A stretch of 41,731 bases of DNA, from NCBI GenBank assembly GCA_029865125.1, contig JAOUHN010000004.1, positions 1-41,731 on the forward strand. The letters run 5' to 3'. Position numbers and translations under genes: made by a program. This document shows, piece after piece, positions 14,273 through 24,564 of this stretch. Numbering within the stretch: position 1 is the stretch's first letter; the number at the start of each line of letters is the position of its first letter. Origin of the DNA: Candidatus Moraniibacteriota bacterium. GTDB taxonomy: Bacteria > Patescibacteriota > Minisyncoccia > Moranbacterales > UBA9337. The notes below the pieces were generated by a model. It was not told the origin of the DNA. It saw nothing but the letters and a program-made list of their open reading frames with translations, and did no database searches.

Positions 14273-15934
14273 TTATTGCTCAACCACTTTTCCTCCAAAG
14301 ATGTTTAGAGCGCTACTCATGATGTCTCCTGAGGTATCCTCTTTATCCTTGTCTAATGAGGCATAATAATCCTCAATATTTGTGTTAGCTGTTTTTTCAA
14401 CAATCACATTGATTCGTGTGGTTGACTTTAGAATTCTATCTAAATTTTCTTCAATTGTCAATCGATTGTTTCTTTCTTGTAATTTTTCTTTGTGAAAGTC
14501 ATATTTGGCGCAAATAACGACAATGTTTCCATCAGATACGCTACTTGGCCTGCAGGTGGAAAGAAAAGATGACAAAGACATGTTTTTTTTGCCTATTTCT
14601 GAGCGTAATTTTTCCCAATTTCCAATAACATCATCAATATTAATTGGTGTCGCATTAGTAATCTTTTCTGGTTTTTCTTCTTGAATTTTGTCTTGTTCAT
14701 TCTCAATTGGCTCAATAACTTCATGTTTCATTGGAACCTCTTTTTTTTCGGGTGAATTTTGAGTGATATTTTTTTGAGATTTTTTAGTTGCTTGTGTGAT
14801 AGTATCGTTTTTTGGAAATGAAGAAGCTGGAGTGATAACATTGTTTTGAGTGGTTAATTCGATTGATTTTGCAAAAGCAATTTCAAGAGGAAGTTGTGGA
14901 ATGAAAGAAGAACGAATTTTTTGCTGTGCTTCCAAAAGATTGTCTATTGTTTTGATGAGAGCAACAGAGGATATTTGTTCGCTAAGGGATTTTACTTTTT
15001 CAAATTGTTCTTTTGTCATTTCCAAAGTTTTGCAGTCGCTGTCACTGAGCTTTGCAATGAGTAATTTTCTCAAATAATTCAAAAAAGATTTGGAAAAAAC
15101 TTCCAAGTCATAACCTTCTTTAGAAAGAGAGTTGATGGAACTGAATATGGCGGAGATATTTTTTTCACAGAGGCTTTGCGTGATTTCTTCTATTTGAGAT
15201 TGCTTGGAAACACCCAATAATTCTTCCACTTCTTTTTTGGTGATGTCTTTGTCCTCAAGTGACATGATTTGAGCAAGGATAGACTCAGCATCTCTCATTC
15301 CTCCTTCAGCTGTAATTGCGATTAATTCTAGAGATTCTCTGGATATCTTTACTTTTTCATTATGAGCGATTGCTGAGAGTTTTTCAATGATGTTTTCGAT
15401 AGACATTTTTGAGAAATCAAATCTTTGGCAACGAGATAAAATCGTTTCTGGTATTTTGTGCACTTCAGTAGTAGCAAGTATGAAAATAGCGTGAGCTGGT
15501 GGCTCCTCAAGAGTTTTTAAAAGTGCATTGAATGCTCCTTGTGAAAGCATATGAACTTCATCAATGATATACACCTTATATTTTCCATGAGTAGGGGGGA
15601 TGTTGATGGTTTCTTTCAATTCTCGAATATTATCAACTCCAGTGTGTGATGCCGCGTCAATTTCAAAAATATCAAGAGAAGTTGAGTGAGAAATCTCTTC
15701 GCAGTTGTTACATTTGAGACATGGCTCACCTTTCTTGTTTTTTTTGCAGTTCACTGCACTCGCCAAAATTCTTGCAATGGTTGTCTTTCCTGTTCCTCGA
15801 GGACCAGTGAAAAGATATGCATGTGCAACATGATCGTTTTTAATGGCGTTTAGAAGGGTTTTGGTGATGTGTTTCTGGCCAATGATGTCAGAGAATTTCT
15901 GAGGTCTGTATTTTCTATATAAGGTCTGAGACAT
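14273..15934 (-). CDS. dnaX: DNA polymerase III subunit gamma/tau
   Basis: LYRKYRPQ, GPRGTGKTT, Zn-binding Cys, IIDEVHML, LLKTLEEPP and SRCQ motifs. Confidence 0.98.
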   Translation of the reverse strand: MSQTLYRKYRPQKFSDIIGQKHITKTLLNAIKNDHVAHAYLFTGPRGTGKTTIARILASAVNCKKNKKGEPCLKCNNCEEISHSTSLDIFEIDAASHTGVDNIRELKETINIPPTHGKYKVYIIDEVHMLSQGAFNALLKTLEEPPAHAIFILATTEVHKIPETILSRCQRFDFSKMSIENIIEKLSAIAHNEKVKISRESLELIAITAEGGMRDAESILAQIMSLEDKDITKKEVEELLGVSKQSQIEEITQSLCEKNISAIFSSINSLSKEGYDLEVFSKSFLNYLRKLLIAKLSDSDCKTLEMTKEQFEKVKSLSEQISSVALIKTIDNLLEAQQKIRSSFIPQLPLEIAFAKSIELTTQNNVITPASSFPKNDTITQATKKSQKNITQNSPEKKEVPMKHEVIEPIENEQDKIQEEKPEKITNATPINIDDVIGNWEKLRSEIGKKNMSLSSFLSTCRPSSVSDGNIVVICAKYDFHKEKLQERNNRLTIEENLDRILKSTTRINVIVEKTANTNIEDYYASLDKDKEDTSGDIMSSALNIFGGKVVEQ

Positions 15935-16052
15935 AGTTATTATGATTTTACTGCTTTTACTGATTGCTTAGCTATTTTAGCACACTTTTGAAAAAAATAA
16001 TAAAACAGACCATGCATAATTAGCGGGTCTGCTTTATTATTCAAAAAGAAGA

Positions 16053-16697
16053 TTATTTTTTGAAAACCCAAAGCTTATATCCAACGAAATTCCAAAGCAG
16101 AGAAATGATTGTTGCAGTGGCTGCAGCAATGTTGGCAAGTCTTTTTTGAGCCAAAAGATCATCTGATGCGAATATTGTGACAATCAAAGAGGCTAGTCCT
16201 ACATTGATGACAACTCCAATAGTACTGATTACAATAAATTGAGTAACTTCTTTTGCGCTAGTTTCTTTTTTTGACTCAAAAGTCCAATATTTGTTCCAGA
16301 AATAGCTACTAACAGTGGCAAATGAGAATGAAATCGCTTTGAAAATTGCAAACCCTATTCCTCCTGCAACTCCTGTTGCAGCAATTAAGAGATTAAGAAT
16401 TCCCCAATCAAAAAAAGTGTTAAAAGCTCCTGATGCACCGAATTTAGCAAATTGAAACACTACAGGCACTTTTCTTCCAATAATGGAAGCTATCCATAAT
16501 GCAAAATTAGCAAAGAATGCAAAAAACACAACAAGAGTTATTGCAAATCCCACACTCAGTTTCACAAATGAAAGTTCAAGATTTTTTAATATTGGTATTG
16601 AAAACAGAGCAAAAGAGACACCTATTAGTGTTACTAGGAGATAATCTTTTTGGGTTAATTTTAATGTTGACTCAGTATCGTTTTGTACTTGTTCCAT
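16053..16697 (-). CDS. GtrA-family membrane protein with extra N-terminal TM segments
   Basis: QFAKFG..GAFNT..DW, SYFWNKYWTF and WNFVGYKLWVF motifs. Confidence 0.88.
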   Translation of the reverse strand: MEQVQNDTESTLKLTQKDYLLVTLIGVSFALFSIPILKNLELSFVKLSVGFAITLVVFFAFFANFALWIASIIGRKVPVVFQFAKFGASGAFNTFFDWGILNLLIAATGVAGGIGFAIFKAISFSFATVSSYFWNKYWTFESKKETSAKEVTQFIVISTIGVVINVGLASLIVTIFASDDLLAQKRLANIAAATATIISLLWNFVGYKLWVFKK

Positions 16698-16723
16698 GGA
16701 AGTTTTTTTAAGTATTATTTGTG

Positions 16724-17395
16724 TTATTCGTTATTTAATTTTTCTTCTCTCATTTCTTTTTTGATATCCTCAATATCAGAAACCCATGTATCCATAATCG
16801 ATTCGGATTCTCCTTTCTCAGTAAATGTTTTTTCAGATGTTATGACAGGCAAAGAGCTGCTTTGTGGGGCCAATTGAGAAGTGGCCGGAGACCCTCCCTT
16901 TCTCAGAACATTTTCAATGGCTGCCCAAGAAGAATCTTTATTTTTAGAAGTAATAATCACAACTTCATCGCCTGGCTCAACCTTGAAATAGGTTATGGAT
17001 GCAAGAAGAACTTTATACGGCTTTCCTTCTGAAATTACATAGAAGTTGCCGCTTTCATCTTGATTTACTGATCCAATAATAGTCTTTCTTTCAGCTGGTC
17101 CGATTTGCTTATATATAAAGGATCCATCGGGAGTGATAGTTAATTTCAATTGATCACCCTCAATTAGTTTTGATTTGGATGCATAATTTGCAGGGATGGG
17201 ATATTGTTTTCCATCTTCTCCAATCATAATTTGTCCATCAAATTCTCCGTGTATGATGTTGCCACTTTCTTTGGAGGAATGATCTTCTCCTAATTTAAGA
17301 AGTGCTGATTTTGCGTCTCTGATTGTTTTTTCAGCAGCAGCTATTTGTTCCCTTAATGAATTAATATCATTTGGATTTTTATTTTCGTCTGTCAT
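16724..17395 (-). CDS. Conserved hypothetical protein (CPR-type)
   Basis: N-terminal coiled coil and two beta-rich repeats (GKQYPIPANYASKSKLIEGD / GKPYKVLLASITYFKVEPGD). Confidence 0.75.
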   Translation of the reverse strand: MTDENKNPNDINSLREQIAAAEKTIRDAKSALLKLGEDHSSKESGNIIHGEFDGQIMIGEDGKQYPIPANYASKSKLIEGDQLKLTITPDGSFIYKQIGPAERKTIIGSVNQDESGNFYVISEGKPYKVLLASITYFKVEPGDEVVIITSKNKDSSWAAIENVLRKGGSPATSQLAPQSSSLPVITSEKTFTEKGESESIMDTWVSDIEDIKKEMREEKLNNE

Positions 17396-17640
17396 TTTTG
17401 TTTTTGAGTCAAGTAAGTTTCAATGTTATTGAAAAATACTCGTTTTTTATTTTTGTTTTTTCATAATTATTCTACAATATTTTTGCTATTCGGGCAAATT
17501 TTTTGTTACAATTATGATTTTGTTGTATAATTCACGCTACCAGTTGATTTTTTATAATAAATATTTGCAATCTATCCAGAACTTAAATTGTTAATTGTGA
17601 AAGATAAATTGCAAACAAACTCCTAATAGAAAAACAGATT

Positions 17641-18831
17641 ATGATGAAAATTAAGGAAAAATATTTTGATGGAAATGTTTCTCATGGGTTCATCTCATTA
17701 TATAGTAGCAAATCTATCATGAGAATTGCAGGTGGTTTTTTTGGATTATTTCTGCCAATCTTTATATATGAGATTCTTGAAAAGGATTTTAGAAATGTAG
17801 TAATTTATTTTTTATCTATAAATGTCCTATATGCCATTTTTCTTGGATTGGCAGCAGGATTCATTAGTAGGTTTGGATTTCGAAAATCTCTCAAAGCTAG
17901 TGTTTTTTTTGGAGCACTGTTTTATTTCATTTTATTTTTTGCCAATCAAGAGAATTGGATTGTGGTGTTGCCGTTGTCAGTTGTGGCGATGGTTTTATTT
18001 CGTCTTTCTCATTGGATTCCATATCATGTTGATTTTGCTAAATTTACGGATATTAAAAATAGGGGAAGAGAAGTGGGGCTTTTGGATGCTACTACGAACG
18101 TGATTGGAGTGGTTGCTCCTCTTGCTGCAGGTGTTATTTTGAGCGTTTTTAATTTCAAGGTTTTATTTGTGATTGCTGTTGTAGTGTACCTCATGTCATT
18201 TATTCCGTTGGTAACAATACCAAAAACACATGAAAAATTCAGTTGGACTTATGCGCAAACATGGAAAGAGTTTTTTTCCAAAGAGAGAAGAGAAACAATT
18301 TTGGCATATGTGGCAGATGGAGTAGAATGTTCAATTGGAGCAGTGGTGTGGCCAATTTTTATTTTTGAATTATTGAAAGGAAATTATGCTGAAATCGGTG
18401 GAGTGGCAGCGATTATTACAGGATCAATCATTGTATTGCAATTGTTTGTAGGAAAATATGCAGACAAGAATTTTTCCAAAAAAAGTTTCATCAAATGGGG
18501 AAGTTTACTGTATTCTTTGGGATGGATTCTTAAGGTTTTTATTGCAACAGCTTTTCAAATTTTTGTCATAGACGCATATCACAAGCTCATGAAAATATTT
18601 CTTCGTATTCCTTTTGATGCGCTCACATATGAAATTGCAGCAGATCAAGGTCATTATGTTGATGAATTCACAGTTCTTCATGAAATGGCAGTAGGCGTTG
18701 GAAGAGCTATTTCTTATGCGATAATAATTATTTTAACAGCATTTGTTGATCTGCACTGGATGTTTATTTTAGCAGCTGTTGCTGCAATTTTATTCAATAT
18801 GATTCGTGCAAAGAGAGTTGCGAGAATTTAG
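17641..18831 (+). CDS. MFS transporter
   Basis: About 12 TM segments; motif-A-like GFISRFGFRKS and GKYADK. Confidence 0.85.
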   Translation: MMKIKEKYFDGNVSHGFISLYSSKSIMRIAGGFFGLFLPIFIYEILEKDFRNVVIYFLSINVLYAIFLGLAAGFISRFGFRKSLKASVFFGALFYFILFFANQENWIVVLPLSVVAMVLFRLSHWIPYHVDFAKFTDIKNRGREVGLLDATTNVIGVVAPLAAGVILSVFNFKVLFVIAVVVYLMSFIPLVTIPKTHEKFSWTYAQTWKEFFSKERRETILAYVADGVECSIGAVVWPIFIFELLKGNYAEIGGVAAIITGSIIVLQLFVGKYADKNFSKKSFIKWGSLLYSLGWILKVFIATAFQIFVIDAYHKLMKIFLRIPFDALTYEIAADQGHYVDEFTVLHEMAVGVGRAISYAIIIILTAFVDLHWMFILAAVAAILFNMIRAKRVARI

Positions 18832-18999
18832 ATTTGTGTGCAATTAAATATTTTGAAATGCTATCAAAATATGGTATAGTGAATGTGAAATCTTCGAGTG
18901 AAATTAGTTGTTTGAAACCGGTACTTTTTGTTGCTTGGCAAGTTGATTGCGATTTATAATGAGAATGTAAAATTTTCTAATTAAATTAATCATAAAATA

Positions 19000-20502
19000 A
19001 TGTCTAAAACTTTAGTCTTTTTTATTGCATTTGCACTGGTTTCATTTGTTGTGATGATCTCGTTATCTTTTTTCTATGTGAGCTCTACGGAAGAGAGCGT
19101 TTTGAAGGAGAATCAATTTAAATATTTAAAAGGCGTCGTGGATTCAAAATCAAATCGAATAGACGCCTTTTTGAATACTCAAATTGCAGATGCTCTTTTC
19201 TTAGCTGACTCTTACGAGATACAGGATTCTTTTGATTCCGAGTTGATTTCTGACACAGCTCAGGTTACTGAAATGGTAAAAAAAGTTGCCAAAGAAACTT
19301 CTAAAGAGGTCGAAAAGTATATGAAAGAAAATCCATCTGCAACAGTTCAAGATATGGTAAATAATCCAGAGTTTCGAAAAATTGCCACTAGAAGAGTTGG
19401 AGAAACAGGGTATACCGTTTTTCATGGACCTGATACCATCATAAACTATCTTCACTGGGATCCAGAAGAGCAAGGAGATGATCATAGTGATGTTTTTGAA
19501 AGAGATCCAAAAGGACAACAAGCGCAACTTCTTTTAGCTGCTAAGAATAACACGGAAGATGTGTCCGGATTCTATACAAAAAAGCAATCTGACGGGACGC
19601 TGAAAGAGAAGTTTATGTATATGTCAATGTTGCCGCAAAGATCAGCAGATGGAATAAGATTGGCTGTGCAAGCCACTGTATATCTAGATGATTTTGGAAA
19701 AACATTGAAAATTGCGAAGGATCTAGATGAAGAGTTTCGTAATTTCAAAAATTCAAAAGAATATAGTGATATGTTCTTGATTAATGCAGACGGAGATATT
19801 GTGTGGACAGCTGAAAAAAGAAATGACCTTGGAAGTAATTTGAATAGAGGAGTATATAAAAATACGCAACTCGCAAAAGCCTATCTTGAAGTGAAAGATA
19901 ATCTAGTTACAACAATATCTGATCCGGGATATTATGAAGCATCCAATGAAATATCCATTTTTGTGGCCACTCCTGTTTTTGAAAATAAAGATTCTCAAAA
20001 TCCAGAATTCAAAGGAGTTGTTGCTCTTCAAATTAGTAATGAAAAAATGAATAATATTGTAACAGATGTTATTGGAAGTAATGGAACAGGAGAGGTGTAT
20101 GCGGTTAACAAAGGAGGAATTCATATAACCTCAGTAAAGAGTGATATAGCAAAACATTCTGCAGATGAATTGGGTCATGTTGTTAAATCTAGTCAAATTG
20201 ACAAATGTTTTGAAGGCTTGAGATATGGTGAGAAAAACGCGGTTTTGAGCTTGAGTGACTTTAAAAAATATGATAACTATGCGGGAAATCCGGTTTATGG
20301 AGTATATCAATATGTTGTTAATCCAGGATGGTGTGTGCTTGCAGAAGTGAATGCTGCTGATGTGGAAAATGGAGACTTGTTTGCTTTGAGTAAAAAAATG
20401 ATAATAAATATTTTTCTGACAGTTTTAGTTATTAGTATTTCTTTAGGTTTAATTATTGACAAATTTTTCTTAAAGAAAAAGATTGAGGAGAAAACAATAT
20501 GA
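19000..20502 (+). CDS. Two-TM protein with a large extracytoplasmic Cache-type sensor region and no cytoplasmic output domain
   Basis: TM, then YSDMFLINADGDIVWT..NDLGSNL, IFVATPV, TGEVYAVN and WCVLAEV (dCache-like), then a TM and a short basic tail. Confidence 0.75.
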   Translation: MSKTLVFFIAFALVSFVVMISLSFFYVSSTEESVLKENQFKYLKGVVDSKSNRIDAFLNTQIADALFLADSYEIQDSFDSELISDTAQVTEMVKKVAKETSKEVEKYMKENPSATVQDMVNNPEFRKIATRRVGETGYTVFHGPDTIINYLHWDPEEQGDDHSDVFERDPKGQQAQLLLAAKNNTEDVSGFYTKKQSDGTLKEKFMYMSMLPQRSADGIRLAVQATVYLDDFGKTLKIAKDLDEEFRNFKNSKEYSDMFLINADGDIVWTAEKRNDLGSNLNRGVYKNTQLAKAYLEVKDNLVTTISDPGYYEASNEISIFVATPVFENKDSQNPEFKGVVALQISNEKMNNIVTDVIGSNGTGEVYAVNKGGIHITSVKSDIAKHSADELGHVVKSSQIDKCFEGLRYGEKNAVLSLSDFKKYDNYAGNPVYGVYQYVVNPGWCVLAEVNAADVENGDLFALSKKMIINIFLTVLVISISLGLIIDKFFLKKKIEEKTI

Positions 20503-21977
20503 AAAAAAATACAGCCTTTCTTATAGCTTATGTTACCCCAATTATTGTAATCGGAGCTTTGTTGACATTTGGCAATTTGTTTTTGACAGAAAAAACGTTT
20601 GAAAATCAAATCAAAGATCAACTACGCAATGCTTCCAAATCAAGAGCGGCAAGTGTGACGGATTTTTTAGATGAAAAAGAACGAAGCATTGAATCTTTGT
20701 TGAATTTTGATGAGATAAAAGAATTATCCAGTAGCAATATTAGCTGGAATCAAGAAATAGCGAAGAACGACATTAAAAATAACGTTAACATTGCCATTAA
20801 AGAGGTTGAAAAATATGCACTTTTAAAGGGCGAGTTAACATTCAGAGATTTTCTTGATTCAGATGCATTCAAAGAAATTGCCATGAGAAGATTTTCAAAT
20901 AATGGTGGTATGTTTGTTTTCAGAGCCAATGATTTTGATGGAGAGTTGCATGAAGATAAACATAGAATACGCATCAGTGAAGAGGATCGGTTACTTGTCA
21001 ATAATGTGATTACTGAGATTAATTCGGAATATCAGGATGGTGAAATTAATTTTGGTGAATTTATAGATGAAAAAAAAGAAATCAATAGAAATTATGGTTA
21101 TTTCAAGGCAACTTCAGTGAAAACTTCTGATGGCGTGGTTTTGGGTATTGGAGCGATTGGGGACATCAGTGACTACGGTGTTTTAGGCGAAATCCCTGAA
21201 GATTTGATGCGTAAAATAGATGATTTTTCAGACGGTTTTGATTATGAGAATGTTCTTATAATTTCTTCTGATAGGAAGATTGTTTTTGCAAAAAATAAGA
21301 TAGACGATTTGGGAAAAGGCATTGATTGGGTCGAAAGAGTAGACATAAAAAATGCGTATATAAGAGCCATTCAGAATAATAAATTTGCAATTGGAGACCC
21401 ATATTTTGGAAGAACAAAAGAATCATTTGAAATTTCCATGGCTGCGCCGATTATTGATGAAGGTGAGATTAAGGGTGCCATTGTTTTGATTGATGATTTT
21501 GACAAGTTGTCTAGCGTTGTTTCAGATATAGTGGGATTGGGAATTAAAGGTGAAAATTACTTGGTCAATTCAGAGGGGCTTCTCATGACTCCATTGAGAT
21601 TTAGACATGTGAATTTATTGATTCAGAAGATGGAGAATGAAGTTACTAGAGAATGTATTAGAAGATTGGATTTAAATGCGCAAGCAGGTATTTCAAACGG
21701 ATCAGTGAGTCAAACCGATGTATATGATATTAAAAATTATCTCGGAACAGGATCACTAACAATAGGTGTTCCAATAAATAGAACCGGATGGTGTCAAATA
21801 ACAGAATTCGACAAGCAAGAATATTTTGACGCATTAAGAAAAGAACGAATAGTGAATCAGATTTCAATTCTCATATTTTCAGTCACAAGTATTTTGATAT
21901 ATTTTTTAATAAGAAGAATATTGTTAAAAAAAGAAAAAGCAGAATCAGTGACAGCGATTAGAGAGGATAAAAAATAA
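20499..21977 (+). CDS. Second two-TM Cache-type sensor protein, paralog of the upstream gene
   Basis: ATGA overlap; DDLGKG, ISMAAPI, GENYLVN and GWCQITE; short C-terminal tail. Confidence 0.75.
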   Translation: MKKNTAFLIAYVTPIIVIGALLTFGNLFLTEKTFENQIKDQLRNASKSRAASVTDFLDEKERSIESLLNFDEIKELSSSNISWNQEIAKNDIKNNVNIAIKEVEKYALLKGELTFRDFLDSDAFKEIAMRRFSNNGGMFVFRANDFDGELHEDKHRIRISEEDRLLVNNVITEINSEYQDGEINFGEFIDEKKEINRNYGYFKATSVKTSDGVVLGIGAIGDISDYGVLGEIPEDLMRKIDDFSDGFDYENVLIISSDRKIVFAKNKIDDLGKGIDWVERVDIKNAYIRAIQNNKFAIGDPYFGRTKESFEISMAAPIIDEGEIKGAIVLIDDFDKLSSVVSDIVGLGIKGENYLVNSEGLLMTPLRFRHVNLLIQKMENEVTRECIRRLDLNAQAGISNGSVSQTDVYDIKNYLGTGSLTIGVPINRTGWCQITEFDKQEYFDALRKERIVNQISILIFSVTSILIYFLIRRILLKKEKAESVTAIREDKK

Positions 21978-21995
21978 ATTTAGCACAACAATTCT

Positions 21996-22517
21996 ATGCA
22001 ATTTTTAAGTAAGCAAAAAAGTATAATCAGTTTCTTGGCATTCTTTCTGTTTTGTGGAGGAGTTAGTTTTGCAGAGGCATTAGAGTTTAATGTGCGCATA
22101 CCAGAAAATTATACGGATATTAGAGCGGGTGAGGAGGTTGGATTTGATGTGGATATTAAATATCCCGAAAACACAATCAGAAAAGCAATCGATTTTGAAT
22201 ATAAAATAAGAAAAGGAGATCAAGTTATTGTTAATGTGAGTGATTCTAAGTTGATTGAAAACAGTGCGCTGTTTGTGAAATTCATAACGATTCCTGCGAG
22301 TGCTGATACAGGAATGTATGTCTTAGATGTGAGCATCAAGGATTTTGATACAGTACTGAAAACGGATTTAGATAATTTTCATATTACTGGCAACAAAGAG
22401 GATAAAATCAAGGTTTATTTTTTGATTACTTTTGGGATAATAGTTTCATTGATTTTTATCCTTATTGTAGTTAGGGATTTTTTGAAGAAGGATGATAAGA
22501 AAAAAGAGGAGAAATAA
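21996..22517 (+). CDS. Signal peptide, Ig-like beta domain and C-terminal TM anchor
   Basis: VSFA cleavage-like site, TGMYVLDVSI beta pattern, C-terminal TM and charged tail. Confidence 0.6.
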   Translation: MQFLSKQKSIISFLAFFLFCGGVSFAEALEFNVRIPENYTDIRAGEEVGFDVDIKYPENTIRKAIDFEYKIRKGDQVIVNVSDSKLIENSALFVKFITIPASADTGMYVLDVSIKDFDTVLKTDLDNFHITGNKEDKIKVYFLITFGIIVSLIFILIVVRDFLKKDDKKKEEK

Positions 22518-22536
22518 GAGAGATTGATTTTTGATT

Positions 22537-22565
22537 AAAAACAGCCTCGTTTGGGCTGTTTTTTT
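22537..22565. terminator. Intrinsic terminator
   Basis: AAAACAGCC-tcgtttg-GGCTGTTTTTTT. Confidence 0.7.
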
Positions 22566-22581
22566 ATTTTTTTTAAAAGTG

Positions 22582-22646
22582 TTGACGAGTTGATGGTAGT
22601 GGGGTAAAATAATAGTGAAGTGTTTCGAAGTGGGGGAAAGTGGTGA
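22582..22646 (+). promoter_or_regulatory. dcw promoter with MraZ-binding direct repeats
   Basis: TTGACG-17 bp-TAAAAT, then AAGTG(T/G) three times at a 10-bp period (22618, 22628, 22638), as in known MraZ operators. Confidence 0.75.
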
Positions 22647-22667
22647 ATTTGAAAAATTGAAAAAGAT

Positions 22668-23102
22668 ATGTTTATCGGAGAATACCAACATTCAATAGAT
22701 CCCAAAAAAAGGATGGCAATCCCATCTCGATTTCGTGGTGAACTCGGAGGAACAGTTGTGATTACTCGCGGTTTGGATAAATGTCTTTTCGTATATCCCT
22801 TAAAAGTGTGGGAAGAGTTAGCTGAAAAACTAGGAAATCTTCCAATGGGAGAAGCGAACACAAGAAGTTTTGTGCGATTGATGTTGGCAGGTGCAACTGA
22901 TGTGGAGATTGACAAACAAGGAAGAATATTAATCCCGGATTATTTGAAAGAATATGCTGGATTTGATAAGAATATTATTGTTGTCGGATTGTTCAATCGA
23001 ATTGAAGTGTGGAGTGAAGATAAATGGAGCAAATATAAGAATGAAGCAGAAGAAAATAATGATGAGATAGCAGAGCAATTAGGAAAGTTGGGAATTTACT
23101 AG
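22668..23102 (+). CDS. mraZ: Division/cell wall cluster regulator MraZ
   Basis: MFIGEYQHSIDPKKR, DKQGRILIP. Confidence 0.98.
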   Translation: MFIGEYQHSIDPKKRMAIPSRFRGELGGTVVITRGLDKCLFVYPLKVWEELAEKLGNLPMGEANTRSFVRLMLAGATDVEIDKQGRILIPDYLKEYAGFDKNIIVVGLFNRIEVWSEDKWSKYKNEAEENNDEIAEQLGKLGIY

Positions 23103-23127
23103 TAAGAATTAGAATCGATTTATCTAG

Positions 23128-24075
23128 ATGAGTATTCATAAAACAGTTTTATTAGAAGAGGCGGTTAAAGGCTTGAATCTCAAAAAAGGTTTGGTGGTCG
23201 TAGACGCTACTTTGGGTGGCGGCGGACATAGCTTAAGAATTTTAGAAAAGATATTACCCGGAGGAAAATTAATTTCAATTGATAGGGATGAAAATGCCAT
23301 AAAAGGATTCAGAAATAAGATTGATGAATTGAATTTGAAAATAGAGCCGCAAGAATTAATTTTGATAAATGATAATTTTTCAAATATTGGAGAAGCGTTG
23401 GATGAATTGGGAATTGAAAAAGTGGATGCTATTTTAGCGGATTTTGGCCTGTCATCAGATCAATTGGATAGCAATGAAAGAGGCTTCAGCTTTCAGAGTG
23501 ACAGCAAATTGGACATGAGAATGGATCAAAAACAAGCTCTAGATGCGTATCAGGTTATTAATGAATATTCATTTGAAGAATTGGAAAGAATCATTAGAAT
23601 TTTCGGTGATGAGAAATTTTCAAAAAAGATTGCAAGAGAAATAGAGAGTCGAAGAGAAAAGGCGCCTATTGAAACAACGAAAGAATTGGTTGAAATAGTT
23701 GAAAAAGCCATTCCAAATAGTCAAAAGAAAAGAGGAATAAATCCAGCTACTAAAACATTTCAGGCAATCCGAATGGAAGTGAATCAGGAAATTGAAAGTA
23801 TTGAGAAGTTTTTGCAAGAATCTATTAATAGATTGAATTCAGAAGGACGATTATCAGTAATTTCATTTCATTCTGGTGAAGACAGAGTGGTAAAAAATAT
23901 TTTCAAGGAAAGTGCAAATGATTGTATATGCCCAAAAGAATTTCCTGTATGTGTTTGTGACAAAAAAGCAGAGATAGAAATCATTACCAAAAAACCGATT
24001 GTGCCTAGTGATGTTGAAATAGAAGAAAATCCTAGATCAAGAAGTGCAAAATTAAGAATAGTGCAAAAAAAATAA
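23128..24075 (+). CDS. rsmH: 16S rRNA m4C1402 methyltransferase
   Basis: DATLGGGGH, LDMRMD, FQAIRMEVN, SFHSGED and NPRSRSAKLR motifs. Confidence 0.98.
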   Translation: MSIHKTVLLEEAVKGLNLKKGLVVVDATLGGGGHSLRILEKILPGGKLISIDRDENAIKGFRNKIDELNLKIEPQELILINDNFSNIGEALDELGIEKVDAILADFGLSSDQLDSNERGFSFQSDSKLDMRMDQKQALDAYQVINEYSFEELERIIRIFGDEKFSKKIAREIESRREKAPIETTKELVEIVEKAIPNSQKKRGINPATKTFQAIRMEVNQEIESIEKFLQESINRLNSEGRLSVISFHSGEDRVVKNIFKESANDCICPKEFPVCVCDKKAEIEIITKKPIVPSDVEIEENPRSRSAKLRIVQKK

Positions 24076-24091
24076 AAATAAAAATAAAAAA

Positions 24092-24505
24092 GTGAAATCA
24101 AAGGGGGCTAAAGTTTCGATGAATGTAATATCAAACAGTAGCTATCATCGCTGGAAGACAAAAAAATCTAGCGTTTATAAAAAAGAAAAGATAAGTAGCG
24201 AGACCAATATCGGCACAATCCATTTGGATGGATTTGTTAACCTGAATGGAGTGTTATTGGTTTTTGTTTTTGCTGTTGGTTTTCTATATCTGTATTCAAT
24301 GAATGGAAGTGCCGTTCAAGGATATGAGATAAAGAAGATAGAAAATGAAATAAATGAATTGCGCGAGGAATCAGATAATCTCAAAATACGTGAGGCTGAA
24401 TTAAATTCTTTGTATAGGCTTGAGGAGGAAAAGGGAAATTCAGACATGGAAGAGGTTGATGATATTGTGTATGTCCATGATTCAAACTCAATGGCTTTAA
24501 AATAA
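24092..24505 (+). CDS. ftsL: FtsL-like cell division protein
   Basis: Single TM plus coiled coil (GYEIKKIE...), located between rsmH and ftsI; start uncertain (alternative ATG at 24119). Confidence 0.65.
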   Translation: MKSKGAKVSMNVISNSSYHRWKTKKSSVYKKEKISSETNIGTIHLDGFVNLNGVLLVFVFAVGFLYLYSMNGSAVQGYEIKKIENEINELREESDNLKIREAELNSLYRLEEEKGNSDMEEVDDIVYVHDSNSMALK

Positions 24506-24564
24506 GATTTTGAAGTGATATACTCTATACGACTTTTAAGGATGATATTGAACAGGAAAAATTT

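Noticed and set aside
13813-14298. ORFs 13813-14115, 13911-14108 and 14062-14298
   Set aside because: They overlap tRNA-Gln and its duplicated fragments.
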